A stretch of 64,000 nucleotides of DNA, taken from Azolla caroliniana (lineage: Eukaryota; Plantae; Polypodiophyta). The DNA lies in contig JBHGNT010000005.1 of the NCBI GenBank assembly GCA_043228905.1, forward strand, positions 16,926,001-16,990,000. The letters are read 5' to 3'. The position numbers and the translations under genes are program-made. The notes under the pieces are model-generated. The model ran no database searches. It saw only the letters and a list, made by a program, of their open reading frames with translations, and was not told the DNA's origin. Numbering within the stretch: the stretch's first letter is position 1; every line of letters starts with the position of its first letter. This document shows, one piece after another, positions 51,833 through 63,572 of the stretch.

Positions 51833-52843
51833 ACGGGAGGTGATGGCGAAGAACCGAAGGTCGAAGCTCATACATGTGACGAAGAGAGAAGCATGATAAA
51901 CACTTGCTCAATAAAAAGGATCAATGGGTACGAGACCCATGACTTTGAAGAGATAGCTATGGAAAATGACGTCAAGACGGAAGCTGGCGGCGAGGAAGCA
52001 AAGGTCAATGCTGATTCGAACAACTTTAAGATGGAAATGGCTAAGTGTTGCACGAAAAAGGTGGACGACGGAAATGTATGGGTTCCTCCACACTCATTGT
52101 AGAGACTTGGGCATTAACCGATGTAAGAACCAAGAGAAGGATAGTGACGGGGAAGAAGCAAGGGTTAAAGCTGATGTGTGCAACAAATGGTTTGAGCAAA
52201 ATATGACAAGGGATGGCAATGGCCAAGCAAGTCATCAGGATCCAAAGGATGTGATCAAAACATCTATCAAAGACACAACTGTGAAGATTGTCAACAATAA
52301 CATGAGATTGTACCATGAAAGTGGACAAAGTGAGAAACATAGAGCATGGTCGCATAAGGATCTCGAAGTGGGCATGCACTTGAAGGTACTACATGGGGTA
52401 CTCAATATCATTATTCAAATAATAACTTGTGGAGGAAGACCGAAAACAAAACTGCATGATGTGTCAAAGTGCCTTGACCAAGGAGATGGTCGGAACGAAG
52501 GTGGTACAAGGATGAGTCAGAGAATAATATTAGAATTAGAAGCATAATTATGTCACGGACGGGTAGACCAGGACAGGGATAAGTAGGCAAGCTAAATATT
52601 AAGAGAGAGTGAAAGATAGATATATAGATAGAGAGAGAGCATAAACAAGAGAACAAGAGAGAGAGAGAAGGTAGACAAAAGAGCAAGAACTAAATTATGC
52701 TTCTGTAACTGGTGTTGTTGACCTTGATTGTAATCAAGGTGCACCGAAGTATTTATACAAGAATGTGGTGGTATGCATGCAAGCTAGGAAACATCTAGAG
52801 AGTGCATGGAAACTTCTAGAGAGTGCATGAAGATGCATTCTCT

Positions 52844-52863
52844 AGAAGTTTCTGGAATGTTCT
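52844..52863. promoter_or_regulatory. Perfect 4-unit heat-shock element in an LTR (also at 58475-58494 and 63697-63716)
   Basis: aGAAgtTTCtgGAAtgTTCt fits nGAAnnTTCnnGAAnnTTCn and lies upstream of the LTR TATA box. Confidence 0.8.
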
Positions 52864-52918
52864 AGTGATTAACAGAGAATGTGATAAGTTGAAATTTATA
52901 CAATACAATAATGCATAG

Positions 52919-52990
52919 ATGGATGTAGCTCAATTGGTAAGGTTGCCCAATAAGACTAGCAGGTCATGGGTTCAACCCCTTACTTTCCAT
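52919..52990 (+). promoter_or_regulatory. tRNA-like A/B-box module at the U3 end of the LTR (sister copy at 58550-58621)
   Basis: A box TAGCTCAATTGG and B box GGTTCAACCC. Partial acceptor-stem pairing ggatg/cattcc is seen in the 58.6-kb copy. Confidence 0.75.
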
Positions 52991-55900
52991 CGTGTCTATG
53001 ACATTATCCTCGCTCTAAGGCCGCCTCCTAAAACTCGTGGCTGGCTTATGTGGGTATCGTTGATGAAAATCGCGAATGGCCTTTGGAGCATTTTGTAGAT
53101 GTGTAAATGGTTCCCATGTGGTGTCCGAAATGGGGTAACCTTTCCATAAGTCGAGGATTTGGTCAACCTCATATTCTTCGCTCGTCGACAATTCCATAGG
53201 TGGCGGTGGAGGAGGTTATTGTCCCGGAATTCGAGAAGGATCGTAGAGTTAGAGGAGAGAAACGTGAAAAACATTGTGAATCCTGAATGTTGGAAGAAGT
53301 GCTAATCGGAAGGCGACTGGGTTGATCCGCTCGGTGATACGAAAAGGGCCTAGTCGTTTATAGTCCAATGTTGCACAAGGAAGTGTGGTGGCGATTTGGC
53401 GACGTAACAACCAAACCATGTCCCCGACTACAAACGTCGGTGTAGCCAAGCGATGTCGGTCCACTTGATCTTTATACTGGTCTCTAGCGACACGGATCTC
53501 CAAGGAGAGATCATGATGGACATCGTGTAAAGCGCGGGCACACGTCTCTGCCGATGGATTGACCGAAGTTGCAGGTATGGAAATGTTGAAACGAGGGTGA
53601 AATCCATAGTTTGCCAAGAAGGGGAAACCTTAGTCGAATCATGGATATACCGAATCCGCCATTGCAAGGAAGCCCACCCAATCGTTTTGTTGGTAGCTCA
53701 CGGTACACCGAAGCTATTGTTCGAGGATTTGGTTGACTCGTTGCGTTTGTCCATCAGTTTGAGGATGGTATACTGAGGAAAAGTTTATAAAAGTCCTGAA
53801 TGTTTGTTGAAGTCATCCCCAAAAGTGGGAAATGAACTGAGAACCTCGATCAGAGGTGATATCATCAGGTAAGCCATGCAATCAGACAAATTTTTAAGAA
53901 AATGGCCAGATGTCTTCCTTGGAAATGGTTTTGGAACATGGGACAAAGTGAGTCATCTTTGAAAATTGATTGACAATGACTAGCACCGTGTCATGGCCAC
54001 CAACCAGAGGGAGGTCGATGATAACGTCCATGGATAGAGAGACCCATGGTCAACTTGGAATGGGGAGCGGGTGAAGAAGACTATATGGCCGATGGTGAGA
54101 CATTTTGGACCTAGCACATACATCACATGTCTTGATAAATTCCTTGACAAATTTCCAAGGTTGAGGCCACCAAAACCCTTGAGATAGCAATTCTAGGGTT
54201 TTCGTGACCCCAAAGTGGCCGGCAAGAGGATCATCATGACAGTTTTGTAGTACCTGTGTCTGACATGATCCTTCGAGAGTGATTTTTCGTGAACAAAACG
54301 GTTAAATCCTTCAATTTGAATTTGTGCAAGTTCTGGTAGTACAGGCGTATCTCTATCTCCTCCTAATACTTGTTAAGAGATGATTACAATATAGTAACCC
54401 ATCCCGGGTTGTAAATTGGTTGAGATATGAGCTTTTCATGCCTGAAGATGGGTCATTGATGCGGGCCATGATTTCTTTGGCGAATGGGTCTAACGTAGTT
54501 GCCATGGCAATCTCGTTGAGCAAAGAATCATCATGCAACATGTAGGTGGCGAACATTTGAAGTTGATCGGGCCGCAAGAAATAGTGAGATTGTTGTGAAT
54601 ATGTGTCATCTCCTGGGCGCAATGCAAAATTAGGATGCCGAGAGAGGGCATAAGCTTTCCCATGTTGAACTCCAGGTCGAAACAAGATCTCAAAGTCATA
54701 GTTGGCGAGAAAAGATGACCATTGGGCTTGCCTCCGATTCAATGTATGAATGGTGGTGAAGTAAATTAGATTTTTGTGGTCGGTCAACACCTGGATGCGA
54801 TGTTAGGCCCCATCCAAATAGGGTCTCCACTTGGTGAAGGCAGATATGATTGCTGCAAGGTCCTTGTCGTAGATCGGATGATTGATTTCCAGGACGGTAA
54901 ACTTTCGAGAGTAGAAGGAAACAGGATGTAGTGTGCCCTCGTCATCTGGTTCGAACATGATAGCTCCAATAGCAAAGTCAGAGGCATCGATTTCAACTTG
55001 GAAGGGCCTTGTGGGGTTGGGATGAACCAACACTGGGGCTGTGAGAAAAGCTGCCTTGAGGGTATCAAAAGCACTTTGCGCCGCAGAGGTCCAAAGAAAT
55101 GGAGTATCTTTTCTAGTAAGGAAACTGAGAAATGATTAGAGGTTGCACTAAAGAGGAAAAACCATTGATAAATCATCGATAGAAATTTGCAAAACCGAGA
55201 AGTGATTGTACCTCTTTTAACCGAGTAGGGATAGGCCAATCGGTTATTGCCACTATCTTGCGTGCATCCATTGTGATCCCGGAGGGTGAAATCACGTAAC
55301 CTAGGAATTCGATGGAGGTCCGATCGAATTCACATTTCTCACTTTTGGCGTAAAGTCCACGTTCTCGAAGTTTGGAAAGAACCAGTCGGACGTGTCAGGT
55401 GTGCTCCTCTATGTTGGAAGAAATAACTAAAATGTTTCCAAGTTAGATCACCACGAAGTGATCGAGATACTCCCGAAATATATTGTTCATCATGTGCTGA
55501 AAGACCGCCGGGGTGTTGGTGAGACCAAAAGGCATCAACTTGTACTCGAAATGTCCATAGTGTGTTCGGAAGGTAATTTTCCACTTGTCTCGTGGCTTGA
55601 TACGCACCAGATTGTAGGCTCCCCGAAGGTCGATTTTGGAGAAGATACGCCCGCTTCAAAGTTGGTCAAGGAGTGTTGGAATTAAAGGCAAGGGATAATG
55701 ATTACGTACTGTACTTTTGTTGAGACCCCGATAATCCACACATAGGCGTAATGAGCCGTTTTTCTTCTTGACAAATAAGATTGGGGCCCCAGCCGGTGAT
55801 TTGGAGGGTTGAATGAAGCCCTTGGCGAGGTTTTCATCCAGATATGTGTGAAGAGCCTCAAATTCGGGTTCAGATAACCCATAGATGGGCCCAAATGGTG

Positions 55901-56178
55901 GATGTGCACCATCTTGGAGTTCGATTGGGCAATCATAGGGGCATTGTGCCAGTAACCAATATGCATTTTGCTTTTCAAACACATACAAAAAATCACTATA
56001 TCTTGTGGGAAAATTGGTAACAGGAACAAAGACGTCCTGTGACACAACGGGCATAGAAGCAACCATGCTAGAATCCACCACAATGGAATCGACAACGTCG
56101 GAGATTGAGTTGAAATAAGAAGAATGTGCACCCAAGCTAAAAGCAGCCCCCACACAAGTCACAGTATTTGTGGAAGAG

Positions 56179-57610
56179 TGTTACCGATTAGGAACACGGT
56201 CCGTGGTCAGTCCTTCAACCTGGACCTCCAAGTGGGTGTGGAACAACGAATAGGCATCTAAGCGTAATGCGTAGGCGAAGGTTCCATGTAACCTATCAAC
56301 GTATACGGGGAACGGCTACAACCGAATCCCTACCAAGGGTTACACTTACGCACTTGAACGCTTAGGTATTCAAGACACACACAGTAGATTAGCCGTAGCT
56401 ATACACAAGAAATTAGAGAAGATAGGATTCTATTATCAGACGTTTCTTTACATTCCCAAAATTACACGCACCCCCTATCAGAGGTTTTTTGCCCTTTATA
56501 TACGCAAGGTCTATTTAGCCGTTCACGCTTCCTGCGTGAACCGTTACATGCGTTATGCTCTTATATTATTTCTTATTCCTAGGCTTTTTTCCTTCGGTTA
56601 CTATTTCGGCGGACAACACCTGGCACGCCTGCGGGACAGTGCCTTGGCACGCCGGACCCATCCCGTTAATTCTCTTGCAAAATGGCCCGGATGTTTGGCT
56701 TTGCTGCGGTGTCCGCATTCGTAGGTGACGTAGGGCCCGTAGGTGCATCGTGGTGTGGCTCCCTTGTTTGGTCGGGCTGGTTTCTCTCGGAGTCGCCGTC
56801 GCCATGTGTGTGCAGTCTGGGTACGATGAACTCTTCTTGAACTAGTGGGTTGGGCTCCGCCGTTGTCGTGCTTGCAGTCGGCTGCGGTTCTGCCTCTATT
56901 GTTGCGTCCTCTGTAGTGTCGGCCGTTTTTGTACGTTCTGGGGAGTGGGATGGAGATTCCGCCTGGCCCACACCGTTCTCCGTGTGGTCTGATGATAGTG
57001 TGGGCTCGTGCAGATGAACCTCTTGTTGTGCAGTGGTTTCGCTGTCTGGTCCTGTGGGGAACTCCGCTCGTCGGTCCCCGCTATTCTCCATTGTTGTCAT
57101 TTTTGGTGATCGGGCTTGAGGTTCCTCTTCTTCGGCCGCGCCCGGAATTGGCGTCACGCTGGATTCCTCGTTTGTATGCGTGTTGTCGGTTTGTGTGATC
57201 TGGTGAAATAGCTCCTCCTGGCTTTCACCAAAATCATCGAAGAGCTGCGCGAGTTCTTTGGAGTGTTGGTCCGCTAGCGCGCGATAGTCTTGCGCTAGAT
57301 CCTCTCGTACGGCCGCAATGCTCTCCTCATTTAGTTTATAGAAACCTCAACCATCTTTTCGCCGGTTCTCCTAGTTCGCACGATATGCGTGCAATTCCGC
57401 TGATTGGGTTGCCCACGCCATCCATCCTTTGTCCAACGCCATTTTCAATTGCGCTGTGAACCTTTCTCGATTTGTTTGGAGAAGGATACGCACGTTATCT
57501 GTGATGGCCTGGCAACGGTAGCGTGTGTCTTCCATCGACTTCTGGAGATTTGCGATTTCCTGCTGTTTAACTACTGCCGCTTCCTTGTACGTGGCCTTCA
57601 GGCCCACCCA
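56179..57610 (-). mobile_element. 3' fragment of a non-chromovirus Ty3 element (end of the extra ORF plus LTR 56179-56618) nested in the Tcn1-like element
   Basis: QAITDNVRILL at 57371-57613 matches QVITDNVRILL at the end of the window. The TGTT..AACA segment has a minus-strand TATA at ~56495-56502. Confidence 0.75.
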
Positions 57611-57997
57611 CAATCAATGGTGCAAACCAGCTTGTGCCGGCTCTGAGAGAAGTGTGCCAACAAGACCGACCGGAGAGAAATCACTAGCATAACGTTGGGG
57701 TTGTAAGTGGATGATAAGCCGAGTTTGATTGATGAAGCCATGAAGATGTGCCCTCGAGCTATTGAATTTGTCAGGTAGGTTGACGTTAAGTTCGAGGACA
57801 AGGTCTCAATCAATGGTGCAAACCACGCTTGTGCCGGCTCTGAGAGAAGGGTGCCAACGAGACCGAACCGAGAGAAATCACTAGCATAACGTTGGGGTTG
57901 TAAGCGGATGATAAGCCGAGTTTGATTGATGAAGCCATGAAGATGTACCCTCGAGCCGTTGAATTTGCCAGGTAGGCTGACGTTAAGTTCGAGGACA
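57611..57997. repeat. Tandem duplication (~196-bp period) of the capsid-coding segment
   Basis: 57611-57800 and 57807-57997 are closely similar copies. Confidence 0.9.
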
Positions 57998-60185
57998 TAT
58001 GAAGGGGAAGAGGAAGGGGTTGGCTTAGGTGCTAATAGAAGGTGAGGCTCAACGGGTGGAGGGTTGTTGGCCGTGCTATTCTGAAGCTCCTGTAATGATT
58101 GACGAAGGCTTTCTTTCATTTTCAAATTGAAGTTGTTCCAAGGCTGCCATTTCTTGGCTTAAGGCTAAGTTAGACATGGTAACAAGAATGGAAGGTGAAC
58201 AAACTATCACGGACGGGTAGACCAGTACCGGAATAAGTACGCGAGCTAAATATTAAGAGAGAGTGAAAGATAGATATATAGATAGAGAGAGAGCATAGAC
58301 AAGAGAACAAGAGAGAGAGAAGGTAGACAAAAGAGCAAGAACTAAATTATGCTTCTGTAACTGATGTTGTTCACCTTGATTGTAATCAAGGTGCACCAGA
58401 GTATTTATACAAGAATGTGGTGGTATGCACGCAAGCTAGGAAACATCTAGAGAGTGCATGAAGATGCATTCTCTAGAAGTTTCTGGAAAGTTCCAGTGAT
58501 TAACATAGAATGTAATAAATTGAAACTTATACAGTATAATAATACATAAATGGATGTAGCTCAATTGGTAAGGTTGCCCAATAAGACCAAGAGGTCATGG
58601 GTTCAACCCCCTACATTCCGTCGTGTCTATGAAAAATTATTTGTTAGGAAATATCATAGGAACGGATGGATCCGGATAGTTGTACTGAACCAGATCCACA
58701 CCGATTAATAGTGATGGTAACTGGAAAGGCAGGGTTTTGTATTTCCTACTGGATACAAAACCAATGTATACCTTGACTGGATATTGTTTTTGTATATCAG
58801 AACAAAAGTAATCGTTTACCGTTTAATTTTATTCACCCGTTCATAATTTCCCTTTTTAATCATTTTTTGAACTGTAATTTGTATATACATATGATTGATC
58901 ACCATGCTCTTCTCCAGTTTGGGGTATTAACATGATATTATACTTTCTCATTTCTCCTAGCATGATTATATACATGAACTTGTGAATGTTCTTGATAATA
59001 AAAGGTTTTCAGTTAGCTACGTTCCAAGTCTGTTGGTTTCAAATAGTATAAATGAACGTGGTACATAATTGTTACTCTTACCAATTACATTGTGATGAAT
59101 TATATGACATTCTACAACGAAACTATCGATATACCCGTCCAACAAGTGGGGGACTACTTTTTTCCTCAACCCTAAACCACATATTAACATTTAGGGTTTA
59201 TGTAGTTTTACTTTACAATTTGAATATGGATACCAAATAAAGATGTTTAATATTCAACCTAGTATTCAATTGTACTCTAGGATATACAAATTGACACGAA
59301 AACAAGACGTATACAATTCACCAAATGCTTGGATTTTAGGGGGTTCTATATTTCACCATCCATTCGCAAAATAGGTACGCATGCATTGTACATTTTCGAA
59401 ATCATGCTAAATTAGGGTACTTTTCTGCATCTCACCAACTATGGAAAAAGAGAATACGACATATTACCTGTTTCAAATGACCCGGTGTTTAGCGCGTCTC
59501 GATTGTCTTCCGTGTCTCGGTCGTACTCTCGACCATGCGTCACGACTGTCTTCTCGACCATGCTCTCGGCCATGCTCTCGACCGTGCATCTCCTGAATGA
59601 AGTAGATATTGCAATCTGATCAGCAACACCGCTTCTGGAGCCCAAGCTTCCGTTGTAATCTTCTCATTCTTGCTCCTCCTCCTATTGATTCTGCTTCTGA
59701 TTCTCCCCATTCTGCAACCACCCATGAATTAGAATGCATGCCCCAATCCGTCGTCTGTGATGTAGGGATTAGGATGACCTTTCCACCTCCCTTGCTTGTT
59801 CTTCGATGTTCAGCAGTCAGTTGTGATCAAGGAGCACAAGGATTTCGTCCCACGTATGAGTGTTAACCCTAAAACTTCTGCTTCTGCTTCGAATCCATCA
59901 TTTTTAAGATTTCCAGGAGGAGCAAGTGACATTTGGGGATAGGAATACGCTACCAATTGCAGAGAAAGGAGAGTCCAGTGTACATTGATTTGTTTGCCAA
60001 CAGCCCGGACACTACGCAAATCAATGTCCACTGCGCAAGGGCAAAGGACCAGCCGTAAATACGATTATGGCGGAAGTTCAGTAGGTCACGAAACGGCAAC
60101 AAACAAAGAATGGTGACTGGGTTGCACAAGATGAGGTACGCAAAGCAGCCCAAGCATGGGAAGAAAAAGCAAATGTGGCCAATAC

Positions 60186-63100
60186 GACGCGTATGCGGCA
60201 GGACACTACGCAGACGATGTTACGGCTCGTAAAGTCTGGTCAGCAGACCTATGGTGGCCGACTACGCAAAAGGATGCGTATGAATATTGCAAACAATGCG
60301 ATCTGTGTCAATGGATGGGCCAGCCCACAAAGGTCACAAGGATGCCACATCAACCAGTGTTGCCATTGGATCCATTCCAGAAATGGGGACTCGAGTTCGT
60401 GGGGCTGTTTACACCGGTGGCAACACAGACTGGCAATAAATATATACTGGTGGCTACTGATTATTGCACCAAGTGGGTGGAAGTGAAAGCGCTACGAGAA
60501 AATACCGAGGCAATGATGGCGAAATTTCTTTACGAGAACATTTGGTGTCGTTTTGGCTGCCCTATCAAGCTCATCAGCGACCAAGGAAGCCACTTTATGA
60601 ATTTGGCCATCCGGGAACTGACACAACACTATGTCGTTGTCCACAAGAAGAGCACGTCGTATTATCCACAGGCGAATGGTTTAGCTTAATCTACGAACAA
60701 AATGTTACAAACCATACTAAAAAAGATCGTCAATGAGAACAGAACAGACTGAGATATCAAATTACACAGCGTGTTATGGGTGTACCGAATCAGTTATAAG
60801 ACTAGCATACAATCCACACCTTTTCAACTAGCATTTGGGCTGGAGGCCGTAATGCCAATCGAATTTCAGGTACCCAGTATGCGGATTCAGGTACGAGACC
60901 GGTTATCAAAAGACAAGTCCGAACAAATACGGCTACAACAGCTGCTCGAACTAGGCGAGACATGGTTACATAGCATGGCTATACTGGAACAAGAGCAGCG
61001 TCAGCGTAAAGCATTCAAGGACCAGCATCGAAATACGCGTGAAAAAGATTTTGCAGTCGGCAAAGCGGTCTTGGTCTTTCAAACACGGATGGGGCAAATG
61101 CCAGGTAAATTAACATTCCGCTAGACGGGGATGTACTGGATAGTTGGCGCAGAAAACGACATGTTTCAATTAGGCACCCTGGCCGGAGAAGTGTTACGAG
61201 AAAAGTTGAATGGGTTTCGATTGAAACCCTACCTGGGACCTGTGCCACCAAACCTGTTCCACGCCGTAAAAGACACGACCGAAGAATCCATTGATTAATT
61301 AAAGGGACCCACCTGTATTATAGTGTAACAGTAATATTGTATTTAACCGTTACAAGAAAAGAAAAAAAAAAAGAAAAAAAGAGAGAGAAGATAACGACGC
61401 TATTAAAAGGACGTGATGCATTCACAAACTTCTAGAGCAAGAACACGTGGCACCATGATGGCACAGAGGCCAATGAACCCTAGGCCACAAAAAGAGGAAA
61501 GCAGAAGGTTTTCTGCACAATACAGAAAACAATCTTCAGCCCTTAACCCTCCTCGCTCTCCTTATTCACCTTACTCCCCATTATACCACAGAGCCCACAT
61601 CCGCCATAACCAGCAAACATCACCCACTACCCACGAGTTTCATCCACCTACGATGCCGATCACTATTTCCGTCGCCTTGCGTTGACAGATCCTCGAAAAG
61701 AGACTGGATGGATACATCAAAGTGGTCGAGGCACCTACTCACCTTGAAGCCCTGGAAATTGAGAGGAAGCTCAACATAGACACGATCACCAACGCTACCA
61801 TCCAGAAGAAGCTTGACTTATCATCGATTGAGGAGAAACATTTCGACATCCCTCCTGCGGAAACCTTGCAGAAATATTTCGGGGAATATTCGGTGTCCGC
61901 CAAAGCATACAGGACAAAGGAAATCCCTGATCCCTTCTTTCGAGAAATAGCCAAGTTCTTGCTGGAGGTAGGATGCGTGCATGTAAATGCCTATGGGATG
62001 CCAACATAGAAGGCAGGCATCATCATTGATACCTTCGAAGGGCGTGTGGCCGATTGAGGGGTAATTATGGGACCAGCTTTACGGGAATTCCTACACGCGT
62101 ATCATGGCGGAAAAAAGCTAAGGCCAATCATACAATAGTATCTGGCGATACTATTCCCACCCCGGTCTGCCTCCAGCACAACCCAGTAAACCCACGCCGC
62201 CGCCACGTTCCGTGAAACGACAGTTAGCAGACTTGGCTACCATGGAATGGGAAGACGAACCACAATCTTCCCAGCCCATCACGCGAACAACATACGAAGA
62301 ATGGTCGGCAAGAAGGGAGGAAGCCTTGCATGAGCAGGAAGCCGAGCAACGCCAGGAAAGCCTGAGGCCGAAACGGCGTAGGCTAGACTAGAAAGATGGG
62401 CGCGAACTGGTCAAAGACACAACCGCGGACACAGACACGACGGCCTTGGTTGACAGTTTCGCAACTACGGAGCCTAACACCACTTTAGAAATAATCCGAG
62501 AACCACGACGATCATTACGGCCCAGTCACAGTGTGGGAAAGGCGTACTCACGGCAGAAAGCGAAGTCCTAAAGTACCCGGATATCCCAGATACAGCCCAT
62601 GAATTCGGTGCACTACTACAATTTGGAACAACTTACGACCTCATGGAAGTTTTGGCAATGCAGCAAATTAAGGTATCGCAGAAAATGGCGGAGGAGCACG
62701 CAGAACAACAAATGATTGAACGTGCACTCACACACATAGCAAAAAGTGAGGATGAAGGGCCTCTAGCCAAGGTAGGCAGACAACGGAATGCTAGGATTCG
62801 GCGTATGGGCATTGAACTACCTCCATTGAATGCAACCCTGGTCGAGGTACATCGGGAATTGGCTAGAGTTAGTGTGGGGGCCAAGGATATGGCTAGCAAG
62901 AATAAAAACGTTTGGAAAACAGACAAGTTGACTGAAGCCCAATTACAAAAGGCCCAAGAGCGCATTACAGAGCTCGAACACAGCGTCACTAGGGCACCGC
63001 AAAACCCCGAACCAACAACAGGTAAAGACCCATTGATAACCCTACAAGAGGAGATTGCAGCACAAAAGGCCATCGTTGCTAAAGCAAAAATGGCTACGTA

Positions 63101-63503
63101 GCTTGCGGAGTCCGAGATTGACCACCTTCGCGCCAAACTCCGCCAATCCTCCGACAGAGAAAAGGACATCCGGGCCAAAGGCCGAAGGGCAGTGAAGGCA
63201 CTCGAAGAGAAACTAGAAGCGGAGGCAATAGCGCACACCAGCACGAAAGAAGAAAACACCCAAGTACGGGAGGAAGCCCAAAAGTCGGAAGCGGCTATCT
63301 CAGGACTTCGGGAGTTATTGGAAAAGAAGAAAGTGTGGTACGACGAGCAGTTCGTATGGGAACGGGAGGTGACGCATCAGGTCGAAGTCCGCCTGAACAA
63401 TGAAATGGGCCGGCTAGTGTGAGGAATAGTACTAAAATAGAGAGAGAATTAGGATTGGAGAAGGGAAGTATTATTAGTACTAAGAGGACAGGACTGCGTA
63501 AGA

Positions 63504-63572
<69 letters not shown>

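Larger units (their letters stand above)
41786..52500 (+). mobile_element. Element F, a non-autonomous relative of D. LTR 41786-41809 plus 48866-49575; Trp PBS 49583-49600; gag 49596-50408; acidic repeat ORF to ~52500
   Basis: TGTCG..CGACA termini and PBS TGGTGAACCTGATGTGAA. Gag is closely similar to 40548-39619. No pol motifs and no 3' LTR were found. Confidence 0.75.
52551..58634 (-). mobile_element. Degenerate Tcn1/sushi-like chromovirus. LTRs 52551-53003 and 58205-58634, TSD AATTA
   Basis: Gag [31 protein letters not shown], RNaseH IDASDFAIG, INT GPF, and chromodomain EYEVDQILD..WKGY..TWEP with an internal deletion. PPT at 53004-53018. There is no tRNA PBS. Confidence 0.92.

Noticed and set aside
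52919-52990. Functional tRNA gene (applies to all the LTR modules)
   Set aside because: The anticodon arm does not form and the acceptor and T stems are imperfect, so these are reported as tRNA-like promoter modules only.
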